DNA of 63,297 bases, filler included. It is 9 parts of 9 records of this genome, joined end to end, with 100 filler letters (N's around TTAATTAATTAA, not from the genome) between each part and the next. Parts side by side here need not be neighbours in the genome. Positions count along the whole stretch, not along the records: positions 1 to 7,854 come from SRR2962707_1285; positions 7,955 to 17,124 come from SRR2962707_1286; 7 more parts are not named here. One strand, written 5' to 3'. Under the pieces are notes generated by a model. That model saw only the letters and a program-made list of their open reading frames with translations. It did not search any database and was not told where the DNA came from. Shown here piece after piece: positions 1-12,100 of the stretch. A program made the position numbers and the translations under genes. The stretch's first letter is position 1; each line of letters begins with the position of its first letter.

Positions 1-687
1 CACACACACACACACACACACACACGAAAACACACGCAACACCACGACAGTTTTTACCGCGACACCTCGCTCCCTCACGCGTGCCCACACTTCGCACTCA
101 AGCAAACAAGCGTTTCAACCACCCCCAACACAACACCGCGCTTGTTCTCAACAGCGTGTCTTCGGCGTCATCAACCACCGCACACAGCAGCCTCGCAAGA
201 GAGGGGGCAGGGAGAGGGAGAGGGAGAGAGAAGCAGGGTGGTGCTTCGCTCGAGTTCGAATGAGCGCGTCCATGCGTGTGACCGCATCCGGAGGAGCTTC
301 ACAGGGAAGTAAAGGGAATGCGCGCAGAGACGAGTTCTCAAGCGAGAGTGAGAGAGTGAGAGGCGCTTCGTTCTTGCGTGCTGCGTGCGTGCGTGCGTGC
401 GTGCGCGTTGTGCTCCAAGCAACAATATAAAGCCAATTAATTGGGTTCACCTTGTTTCCTTTGTTGCTTCTGCTTCCACTGCTACCACTCCTACTTCTTG
501 ACTCAGCCTCAGATATTCTGGGTTCTTCCAGCGGCCACTGCCTGCCTACCTGCGTGCTTGCGTGCGTGCGCCAGGCAACTGACTTGAACCGTGGACGCAT
601 CTGTCTCTTTCATCGCACATCTATCTACGAGCAAGTCCGTGAGTTCGTGGGTGAGAATTGGTTGGCAGCATCCTCGTTGTCGTCACC

Positions 688-2513
688 ATGCAGCAGTCAA
701 CTATGTTGAAGGAGATTGGAGAGCTGCGCACACAGCTGCAGCACCTCCGAGCGTCGGGCATGCCGCGCACAGCCGAAGTCCACGACAAAGACCTGCTTCA
801 ACGGTTCTTGAACCTTCGAGCTACCGTCAAGTTCAACCAGTACGTTTTTCGTTTCGATCTGTGTGTCTTGGAGGGAGCGTGCTGTACATTCCATGATTGC
901 TCTCTTGAAAGTGAATGATTCTGCGGAGGCGCGCGCGCGCGCGCTATAGCGAGAGCGAGAGGGAGGGAGAGAGAGAATTGTTGAGCGGTGGTTGGTTGCA
1001 TGCTACGTGCTATGTGCTTCAACGAGACCAATGAGCGATGCTGTATTGACGAATTCCCAATGCCCCCATTCTCATTGTTGTCCAACACATATGTAGGGGT
1101 CGCGGAGGGCGTCGCATGACTGTCACTGCGACAACAAAGGCGGGGCTTGAGGATTATTCTCCTGCGTCTACTCTCAGTGCTGCAGCGCGGAGAAAACTCA
1201 GGAACAAAAAAAAATTCACAAAGTAGGATCATCGTCATTGATGTGGCAAAGTTCACATGCAGCTTCCAAGTCCGGAACTCGAATTTCATGTGCGAATTGG
1301 TTATTTTTTCTTAGATACGACGGCACCAGCATGGAAGAGCGACGTCTCATGCAAGAGGAAAAAACACGGAGGAAGCTGGCAGCAATCGCAGAACTAAAAC
1401 GGCAGCGTGAAGAGGCGGAGCTCGTGAACTGCTCCTTCAAATTCAAAGCGAGGCCTGTGCCCTCAAGTTCGAGTAACCGGCAGCTCGAGCAGACAAAAGT
1501 TCGCCTTAGCGCACTCAAGGGAGGGGATGCTAGTGTTTCGCTGGTACGTTGCGTGTTTCATGGTGCCGCATGCCATTCGCCACACGCTGCCATGAACCGG
1601 AGAACTCTTGGCGCCGATGGGACGGGCCTGCCGAGTAGAGTGCTGCGTGGGGCAGTCTATACTGCATCCGCTGGCGCTACACCACTAACCAGTTTTTTTG
1701 GGGGATATTGATGACCCCACTAGGCTGCCACGGTTCGGCGAATGGCGGCTGAGCGTCAGGCTGAGGCTGCAGACTCCAAGGTTGAAGTCATGCCATCCGA
1801 TCTAAAAGGACTGTTTGCCAAGTACTGCCGCGTGTCCGCGCTAAAACGAACGTCACAATCTGCTACAATGGTGAAGTGAGTGTCGATTCTTGCACGGTTC
1901 AAATTTTCGTTGTTGCATGAACACCCCAGTTGGGAACCGATTCGTTAATAACAGTGAACGTGCGGATAGGTGCTTCACTTCGCGCCGTACGATGGACATC
2001 CACCAGTTCTCGGCGTTCCTGAAGGACTTTGGACTCCTGCAGCAACCACAGATCACAAGTGTCCGTGCCACGTTAATATTTCAAAAGTATCACAACCCGA
2101 AAACCAAAATGATCGGTGAGTTGACGCTTGTCCGCAGAAGAAACAAATTTTCATTGAGGATCGCCATTGAAGATGTATGCGTCACGAACTGTGGTTCGTT
2201 AAATCATGCTCCTGTGCAGGTTACAAAGAATTTTCCCAAGCCCTTGAGACAGTGGCTGCTGAGCTGGGGATTTCATTTGAGCAGATGGCCGCGAAAATTA
2301 TGGACCGACAGGCAACGTATGAAATGGCTGTGTTGAAACCGAGTGGCAATGTTCCGCCTGCACCCGAATAGCGTCCTTGTGACGGAATGGCCAGTTCATT
2401 CTTGTCAGCTCACGCTGTTATTTCTTTGTGGCTGTGTTCGCAGGGAGCACATGCACTTCGCTGATCCAGAAAGTAAAATGGGCAGCGGCGCTGGCACACG
2501 AGGAATGTCTTAG
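688..2513 (+). CDS. p25alpha (TPPP)-domain protein with N-terminal coiled coil and FKARPVP motif; 7 exons, start uncertain
   Basis: GT-AG splicing gives ...EEAELVNCSFKFKARPVP...LFAKYCRV...MDIHQFSAFLKDFGLLQQPQITSVRATLIFQKYHNPKTKMIG|YKEFSQALETVA...RQAT|EHMHFADPESKMGSGAGTRGMS*. This fits the p25alpha core plus the GxGxGxxG tail. TAG is at 2511-2513. Confidence 0.75.
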
Positions 2514-2682
2514 GCGCCCTGTCGGCAATGCTGCTTAAAGCTTGTGATGCGAGCACTTAGTGGAACATATGCCTCGAGTGTTGTATTGTTGGTAACTAAA
2601 TTGTAAATTGTACGATGCGATCCGCCCAACAGTTTCGGTGACACTAAATTGGTGGTTGTTTCCACAATCACGCATTGGCTTG

Positions 2683-5600
2683 TTACAAAACCCGAGACGA
2701 TCGTCGACCCTTCGTTTTTGCTTGCGAGGCGAAGGATTCGCCGTCCAACCCTAAGCTATCAGTGCGTGCGAGTCCACTTGAGCTGACACGATAGGCGTTC
2801 AGTGATGCAGCTTCGGTCTCATGCCCAACCGAGCGGGCGACGGGGTGGAGCGAGGCAGTGTCCTTTGAATTTTCTGTGCGAACGTGCTCATCGTGGTCGT
2901 CATGGTCGCCATGGTCATCGGCATGGACGTGGAGAGAGCGCTCGATGTGGTAGCCCATCATTTCTTTACGGGTGAGAATCCCTGCAACTGTGTGCTGCAT
3001 ACTTAGTACCTATCAGCGATAAGCACAGCGCGCAAATAATCAGGAAAAAAAAAAAACAGAAGTCTCTACGCTCAATTCACAAAAAGAAAGGAAAAAAAAC
3101 ACAACATGCAAGCGAACGCACTGCCAGGTGACGAAGACCCATTGTTCGAAACAACAAGAAAGCTCTCTCCACTGAAAAATCTTCTGTTACTGTAAAAGAT
3201 GAGCTGAAGCAAGGTACACACAACATGTGAAATTGAAAGAAAAACTGCCAAAGCAAAGAAAGAGACTTTTCAAAACGCACGTGTTCACAAAATCAGCGAG
3301 ACTGAGCGGCACTGCTGAGTCAGCAGGCGATGCGATGATCGTATTCAGAAAGGTCTCCATTGTGTGCTGTATTCGGTTCAGCGACGATCATGGTGTCACA
3401 GAAACCAGCAACGAAGAGTCGCAAACGTTGTCAAAGTCGCAGAACTCGCCAGCATTTGTTTTCTGAGCAGCGTGTATGCACAATCGGAACACGAGCCATG
3501 CTCTATCATTCGACAAAATTCTACGCACCCCGCCCAGCTTCCTCACAGAAGTGGTCCCGAATTGTTCCAAATCAGTGTAAAGCAATAAACCAGTCGGCCC
3601 TTCGTCAGCATTTTGTTCTAAATCACTGCTTGTGTCACCTGCGGGACGTCAATTGAAAATTGCTCGTTAGTCTAACGAATAACTACCTGATATTAAATTT
3701 GGGTTCCGACACTCACAACGAGGTGTACCTGCGCCGTGACCGAGCGCGGCTTCTTTCCTGACAATTTTCTTGCGGCGTCGTTGGCGGCGTGCAGCACCTC
3801 GCTTGGGGGCAGTCTTTCCGCTCCCACCTCTGTGTGAAAAGCACCGGCGAACAAAGGTGCAAACAGACAGAGCGTGATGTCCAACCTTTCGAGACCCAAG
3901 CTACAATTGGTTACAACAGAATGACGGGTGGGCATGAACACCGCACATTGTTCCTTGTAGCATGTTTAAGCTTCGCAGTCGCACGGGGCTGTGTTTGTCC
4001 TGCATCAGCAAACGTATTCAATCACAGCGATCAGAGAGTGTTGGGACTTGGGAAGAAACGAAACATGCGATCCTCGCCACAAACCTCCTGCTTTAGATGG
4101 GTGGCTTGATACGCTAGAACAGCAGCAAGAATTCGTTCGACGTGGGGTCTCATAATCATTCCCACAAATTCGCCAGCGTGCACAACGTGGCCGTTGACCT
4201 CGCGATTGGCCTTGGCTACGACTGGAAAGGCATGGTGGCGGCACGATGCAAGAATCTGGGCCAAGCAGCAAAATGAATTCCCAACAAGTGGATCAACTCT
4301 ACGTAGCGCTTGGCAATGTTTGAGTGAGCAGCAGACAGCCACCAAGAAGATTTGCGGCAGGAAAGGTGTGGACCTGGGCAAGCTCCCCGGCTGTCGTTTT
4401 CAAGTTCACACAGATTACATCCCTTGTCATGATCTTTGACACATTGTGCAGCTCAAGACTTTCTGAGAACCGTGGGGTATCTGGGAGGAAGGGAATGCAC
4501 TTCACCTACGAGAACATGAGCGAAACACACAGATTTACTGCCAAAGCATGAGCGCCACCACCGTCGATGACCAGTGAGGACACGCTGGGCAAGCTTATGC
4601 TCGGCATGTATTGCAGCCCCTTCAAAGCACCAGGAAAACTTGCCTCCAGAAGTGCATGGTACAGTGAGTGCGTGATTCCATCGGCCACAAGCTTTGCAAT
4701 AATAACAGAGGTCATAATGGGGAGTAAAAACCGAATGTCGTTGGTGATTTCGACCATAATGACCGTCAAAGACCTAGCAGACCATTCGATGCAGGATCAA
4801 GCGCAAAAACGAGACCCAGGTAATTCTCGACATGAACAGCTCCCATCACAAAGAATGTGCACGTCAATCTTGACGGACATGGTTAATCGAGAAACTCCCC
4901 CAAAGAATGCTGATGCCTACAACCACAAAGATGTCGATGATAAACACAGAGCCGAAGAAATGGAAAGCGTCCAGTTGCGGGGGGTCACACGCTGCAGATG
5001 AAATCATCACCCACCCCAATCAATGCCATTGCGCCTTCATCTATCCACGACCAATAGCCTTCTGGGAATACCCCGAACATATCCACCATGCCTAACCCCA
5101 AGATTCGGCCAATGCAAGATCCGAGCAGCAGCATCGGCACAACAATACCCGACGAGATGGCGGACCCAGCACACCTATACGATCGAGAATTGGGCAACGC
5201 AAACGTTGTAATTTGCAGGACTGGCATCACTGCTTGCAATCATTGGCGTGCAACAGGGGTGCAGAGCACAGGAAAACACACCATGAAGCAAGCGGGAAAT
5301 ATACAAGAAGGAGCGTGAGCAATTCTGGGTAATCGTAAGTGTGGTACGTGTTGCGCGCCAAAAGATTTTCGATTGTCTCTTCTCCTTCCACAAACCTAAC
5401 GAGCGGCCAAGAAGGTTAGCAACCCAGGCATTCAACATACTGACCGTGCTGATCTTGTGGGTGCACGAAGGTGTGAAAATGTGGGCAAGCCACTCTGGCA
5501 AATGCTATCGGGTTGGAACGCACAGCAAGTTTGCCATCGGGTTGTAATATGTGACATTTCCTTCGTCGACGCCGGCTACGTCGTCAACGCCTACCACCAT

Positions 5601-7820
5601 GGCAGTACACGTGCTTGGCTTTAGTACCAGGCCAGGAAGCCATCGAAAGACTGATTTTGACGGATGAATTGCTGCACTGCATTCAGCAAAACACTCACGT
5701 ACGTACCAATATGCGTGGCCAAGAAGTCGGCGGAGTGGCAAAAGTACTCTTCGCTTTCTTCAGGGGCCTGGCGAAGTGCATAAGGCGACATGCACCAGTC
5801 GAGCGACGACATGAAGCAATGAACTTTCAAAAAGATGTCGCTTCCTTCCGTTTACCACCAACATCCCGGGTGGTGGCATTTGACAAGGCTAAGCAGTGTG
5901 TTGAACCAGACCTGCAGCGGGTGACGTGGATTCGACTGGCAAATATTGCCAGACGAGGCCTCAGCTGCGAGCGTTGCGTTAACTTGGCCGACACCTGCAA
6001 GTTAATGCACCAAGAAACACCTTGTGTGAGGCGAAGCCGGAAGCGCGCCCAACGTTCACAGTGCTGCTGAGTCGAGGCATCAAACGCACCAGGACATTCT
6101 GTGCGCACGCATGGGAAAGCCATAGGAAGAAATACGGTGAGGGTCGTGGTTATAAGGACGATGAGCATCGGCTCCCCAACCTGATTGGTGGGACAATAGC
6201 AAAGACAATTGCCCAGCATGTGACGCTCGAGGGTTGCATCGAAGGTTTGAGAAGGGCTGCCGAGTAGAAATCATTGACAAACCCGTAGTGCTTTGTGTGG
6301 TTTGATGTGCTGGTTGCGACATCGGGTGATCTTGAGGTTGAGAAATGTAAACAAGGCTCCAAGCACCCCGCCAAGAAGCCCGAGCAAGACGGCGGGAATG
6401 AACACGGCGATGTTGATCGATAAGGCCTTGTCCACCTGTGTGTGTATTTCAAACCACGAAAAAAATGGAAACAGTGAGGGGGCACGTCCTTCAGCCAAGA
6501 ACAAAGCAGCTCAGTTCCTTGGTCTCGGGTAAGCCATGTCCACGTTGTCCCGGAACTGCTTGCTTGCCTCTACATTCTGCATGACACACCTGAAAAATAA
6601 TGCCGTCCTCTTCGTTGAAGGCTCCAAAAGTCCCCTTCCAAGTAAAACCTCCGAATGCGCTTACAAAGAGGTCCGTCGTGAAAGTCGCGCACATGGAACA
6701 GAAAAAAATCTGCCACGACAAGGTTTGGTTCCAAAAGGAAGAAACCTCTTCCATTGAAAAAAGCAGGCCGCCGACTGGAGCGCCGAAAGCTGACGCAATA
6801 CCAGCTGCCGCACCAGCACTGATGAAATCGCGCATGTGCTTCGTTGTGCGAAAACGGTGAAAACATCCGGTCGCATAGCTGCGATCCTTTCCCTCAAAAG
6901 TCCCTGCCATGGAGAAAAAAAGATGCAGGGTGTTATTGGGAATGCCCAATTCGTTCGACAAGCAGGCAATTTGACAGAAGGTGTAGCGGCGTCTTGCGCA
7001 CCTTGGCTAAGCCCCTTGCCAACAAGTGCACCCATATGGATCATTGGTCCCTCCGGCCCACATGGAAGCCCTGATGCAACCGCAAATATCACGCTCCAAA
7101 ACTTGATGACAAAAATCCGGAGCCGCCAGATTTCGTGGAGTCGCACCCCATTCAAATATCTTCAGACAAGAGTTCACACGTGCTGGGGTGAGATTCAGCA
7201 CAATCGCAGGAGAGCGCAACCACACGCACAGAGACAGCAGCAAACATAACACTAAGCCGCGCGTGGGTCACGAACCCGATAACTTCCGGGATTCCAGAGC
7301 CAGCAGCCTCTGGCGCCACACAAACAACGAGCACTGACGAAAGCAGGGCAAGCAGCAGCCCAATGCCGGCGAGCCAAGCCCAAATTATGGTCAGGTCCGC
7401 TTCTTCCACGTAGGGAGCGATGAACGCGTACTTGTTCGTCACGATGAAACCCGTCGCACTCTTCACGAGGAAACCCAAGAAACCAACCGTCACGCCCACC
7501 GCGCCCATGAGAAACCACTTGTCCAAGCCGTTGTCCACATTCTGCGACTTGTACTGCCGCAGCCACTTGCGGTACACGTTGCTATTGCTGGGCAGGTAGT
7601 CCTGCGACTCCTCGCGTTCTAGCACGCGCAGCTCCTCCTTGGTGAAGATATGGTTGGTGTGGCTGTTTTCAATCTCACGTCCCTTGGCGCAAAAATTCCC
7701 CATGGCGACGTTGCGTTTGCTGATGTCACACGCACTAATAACGTCGCACCGGCAGTCGCAGCAACAATCGACACAAGTAGACAGGAACCCCGGTCGAGGA
7801 AGACCAGGCTCCTGGTTCAC
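2683..7820 (-). CDS. CLC chloride/proton exchanger (CLC-6/7-like) with two CBS domains; multi-exon, 5' end possibly truncated
   Basis: Signature motifs are GSGIPE, GPEGPMIH (gating Glu), RDFISAGAAAGIASAFGAPVGGLLFSMEE (proton Glu), SGIVVPMLLLG and YHALLE|VKCIPFL. CBS motifs are HHAFPVV and FRTMGLRHL..GILTRKEM. Most exons were traced in frame to TAA at 2683. Confidence 0.96.
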
Positions 7821-7854
7821 AGAGTCTACCCACCGCCCCCCCCCCCCCCCCCCT

Positions 7855-7954
7855 NNNNNNNNNNNNNNNNNNNNNNNNNNNNNNNNNNNNNNNNNNNNTT
7901 AATTAATTAANNNNNNNNNNNNNNNNNNNNNNNNNNNNNNNNNNNNNNNNNNNN
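7855..7954. other. Artificial contig linker (44N-TTAATTAATTAA-44N)
   Basis: Identical 100-nt block with stops in all six frames, found 8 times in the window. Confidence 0.99.
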
Positions 7955-8379
7955 CACTCACTCACTCACTCACTCCCCTCGCTCACGCTGTCACTCTCCC
8001 GCTTTCACTGCTTTCACTCTCACTGTCCATCTCGCTCACTCTCACTCTCACACACATCTGCGCGCTTCGACCCATCCTCAGAACCCGTCACGACTTTTCT
8101 CCGGAGTCTCAGCGACTCATTGTGTTTTTCCTTCCTTCCTTTCTTTCTTTCTTTCCTGCTTTCTTTCTGTCGTTCCACCCGCTCTTTCGTTTCGTTCTCC
8201 TCGCTTCGTAGACGCATGAGTGACTGAGTGGGTGGGTGACTGAGCAACTGAGCGACTGGCTGAGTGTTGGTGGGCAGGCGCCGCTGAGCCTGCGAAATTG
8301 TGGCCCTATTCGCTCTTTTTCGCTCAAAAAAGTCAGAAATCCACAGATTGTCACGCACGCACGCACGCACGCACGCAGC

Positions 8380-8958
8380 ATGCCAGCGACCGCTTCTTCG
8401 CAAAAGAAGAAGAGCAACAGTGAGAAAGGCGACGATGGAGGCAAGCGGGCATCATCCTCAACCTCCTCGAAAGTCGTGGTGGTGCACACAGATATGGACC
8501 AAGAACTGCAGGACCAGGTGAAATCCATCGCGCTGAATGCGATGAAAAACTTGGACAAGGGAGAGCTGCAGTACTTCATGGATGTCGCGAAAGTGCTGAA
8601 GGAGAGCCTCGACAGCCACATCGCCAACACCTGCTGGCACGTTGTAGTCGGCAAGCAGTTCGGGTCGTTTGTCACGAACGAGAGGAAAAAGTACGTGCGC
8701 GCACGCGCGCTGGCGTTTTTTTTTTTTTTTTTTTGCTCGTTTGTCCCATCTTTCAATTGCGCTTGGCTTTCGCACTCTTGCATTTTTTTTTTTGTTTGTG
8801 CTTGTGCCGGCTTTCAATTGCGCTTGGCTTTCACACTTTTGAATGCGCTCGAATGACATCGTACTAAAAGTTGCTCGCGCGTGTGTTTTCACTTGCGTTG
8901 AAGGATCATTTTGCTGCAAATCGGCGCGATTTCGGTCTTGGCGTTTCAACATGGTTGA
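8380..8958 (+). CDS. Dynein light chain, LC8/DLC type-1 family
   Basis: TDMDQELQ...DVAKVLKESLDSHIANTCWHVVVGKQFGSFVTNERK|IILLQIGAISVLAFQHG*. GT-AG intron at 8691-8903. Confidence 0.93.
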
Positions 8959-9110
8959 TAGGAGTAGTAGTAGCAGAGTAGGCTCTGGGTAGGTGTTCGT
9001 CCGTCAATGGAGCAGGTGCAAAGTGGGGCTGCACCTTGCCGTTTTGGTGCTTTTTATAGGTTGATTTTATTCATACATCATACATACATTTGGGTCGACA
9101 GCAGCAGTGT

Positions 9111-12100
9111 TTACAGGTTCGCGTCGTGCTGTTCCACCACCATTGGGGAAAACTCGTCTGCGTGCTGAACCACAGCCTGCAACCATCAGATGAACCAGTG
9201 GGTAGAACCAATTAACCGCCACGCAAGCAGGGAGAGTGGCGTTTGCAGAAATAAGAAATCCGCATGATCAAGCATGATGACGAAGCGACACCACCAAACT
9301 GCCATCCAACTGCCAGTACAGACCTGCTTGCGCTTCTTCAAAGCCAGTTTTTCGTTCCGCTCTTCTATGGAAGCTAACTCGGCTTTCAAGTCTTCCAGTT
9401 TCTGCCGCCGCCACTCTAAATCAGGCTCCACATTTGATGCATCCGCGCGAGCGCTTGCCAGCTTCTTTTGCAAGTTGCGGAACCTTCAAAGTCGCATTCG
9501 TATGTTCACCCACAGCAAAAAAGGAGGCAGGGATTGGAGTTCAGTTCCAGCGTCGACGAAAACAAACAACAACACCGCCGAAACGGCCCCCGTTTACGAG
9601 TTCTTCGAGAACACCACTCACGTCGCTTGTAAGCCTCGTCCTTTTTCGAACAGAGCGATGTTTTCCTTCCTCAAGGCCTCCATCTGTTCCTCGAACGATG
9701 CCTCGGGATCAGTTTGCGTCGCAACAGACTCCACCACAAGCCCGACTGATTTGTCGGTGGTTCTTTCGCCTCCACCTCTTGTAGAATCAAGCTTGGAAAG
9801 TTCCGCCTCGAACTGCACAACGGCATCATTGAGCCGTCAGAATCCAGTTGCAAAAACATGTCGCTATTTTTTTGGAGGCCGAGCAACACCGAACCACAAC
9901 TCCAACATCCACAAACTACTCGTACCTTCGCAACAGCAGCCTTGCTTGGGAGTGCCCACGGTTTGCCTTCAAGGTCCTCCTTTTCCCGCTTCAGGCGCTG
10001 CTGCTCAGCTCTGATGAGCTCTCGCCGCTTCGCAGCATAGACGCAGAGCTGGGCACACTGATCGATCTGCATCAAAAGAGCAACAGAGAAGCATGGCCCA
10101 ACTTAGATTTCAAGAAACAGACCCCAAGTGACCAGGATGTTGACGCATGAAGTTGCGTACCTGCTCTGACATTACGATATAAAGGATGACAAAAACATTC
10201 GGCACCAGAAAGATGATGTCGAACAAGATGCCAACCCACTCGCGGCCTACCCACGCAGTTGCGTAAAAGTCCAAATACCCCTGTCCACTTGCCACATCCT
10301 GACTTGCCTCGACCAACCCTGTGTCATCCCAGTCTCCGCCATCAAATCCCATCATGTTGGGCAAAAACATCAGAAGACAAGTCCAGAACTGATTTAGCAA
10401 TATCACTAGTAGCCCGATGCCTTTCACGCGATTCAGAAAGGGCGCCCGGTAGGGCTGTACTTTAATGTGAAGTACGTAAAACAAGAGGGCTATGGCAAGC
10501 GACAGAACAGGCTGCCACGGTGACGCGCGAGCGATCAAAGCTGGCACACACACAAGCATCAGGAACCGCTGAGTGTACTCCAGCGCATCCCAATAGTAAA
10601 AGGCAGGCTTATACCTGGACGTACGCGGTTGTAATTGCAGGTCGTGGAAAACGGCATGGCATAATGAGCTTTTACAGTTGCAAGGTGAAGCGATTAACCA
10701 AGTTGTGAACTTGAGTCACGCACGGCAAAACCTCCTGGGATACATACTCAAAGTATAAAACGCCAAGCCACCTCGATGTTTCTGATTCCGCAAGCAGCGA
10801 CTTGTTTTTGTGGACGGTTCCGATGGCAAGCGCAGGTGCTCCAAAGGTGAAAAGTGCAAGCACAATGCACGAAACAGAAAGGGCTACCCAATACGGAGTT
10901 GTGTAGCATTGTGCTGACGGGTCTGTGGTCATCCAAAATGACTGTTGGTAGTCGTCGCAAGCAAATACTTCCATCGCCTACGCAGAAAAACATCGGAGAA
11001 TTGAATGCAGTTAAGTTGTTGCTACCTTGACAAGCTTGACGCCGCAGGATGCCTTTTGAACGCACCGTTCTTGATACCGGCACAAAAAACAGCAACAGAA
11101 TATACAATCCACCAGTCCAGCGAGACGCCCGTTGTGCTGCTGCTTTCTCTGATACAGGAGGTGGATGTCCCAGCCGCACAGCCTCCTTTTCAGCAGCAAC
11201 ACGTTGAGCTTCACTAACGCGTCGTTTTCCAGCCTATTCCAAAACAAAACATAAGCAAGCGACCGAAAATGAAACCCCAACAGGTCACAGCTGGCATGCA
11301 GCTCGTGGTCATCAACAAACCTGGCAAAGTGAGACAAGGCCAACAACTGCAAAGAGTATCAGGGGCAATGCCACAGAAGCTGCCAAGGCTCGATAATACC
11401 AAACGTCGGGGTGCAATAACACCGCTTGGAAGGAAGATTGGACTCCTGGCGCAGCCTGCAGGTGCAACAAGATATTGCGATGAAACGCCATCAAGCACTT
11501 GCCAAGAACCATGCCAAAACAACAGCACTAACTCAAGAAACCATACCGCGCTTGTCGAGTTGAATGCCGATGCGTCCAAAGGCGGCAGTGGGAACACACA
11601 GCCGAGCAAAGAGGGAAGAATGTAGAGATGTAGATTCACCCAATCAAACGCATAAACAAAAATTGAAAACCCGACAGGCCTGCGATCGAATCAAAAGCAG
11701 TTTCATGCAAAGACCGCGTGAACAGGATCAACGTCCACCAAACGCGATCGCTAGTCGCCGGGAAGTGGAAGAGCCGAACCAGGCAACTTGAACAGCCCAT
11801 ATACAGCAGATCATGTCCAAATAGTGTACGTTCGCACACGAATACGCACCAGACGAAAGGCCGCATCCCGAGGAGTGCATTCATTTGACCAATGTACTGC
11901 ACGTGCGTGATGAGAAGCTTTAAAATCACGAAAGACCACTTCAAGCGCTCCTCAATTTTGTCCTTGAGTTGAACCTGCGAAGTTACCCAACAACCAACAA
12001 GACAACCAAACAGCGTTGGCGCCTCTCCACGCATCGTGTCGAGCGGTCATTGGGCATGAAGTGCTGCACAGGGTCGGTCGCAATAACTGATCGTACCACT

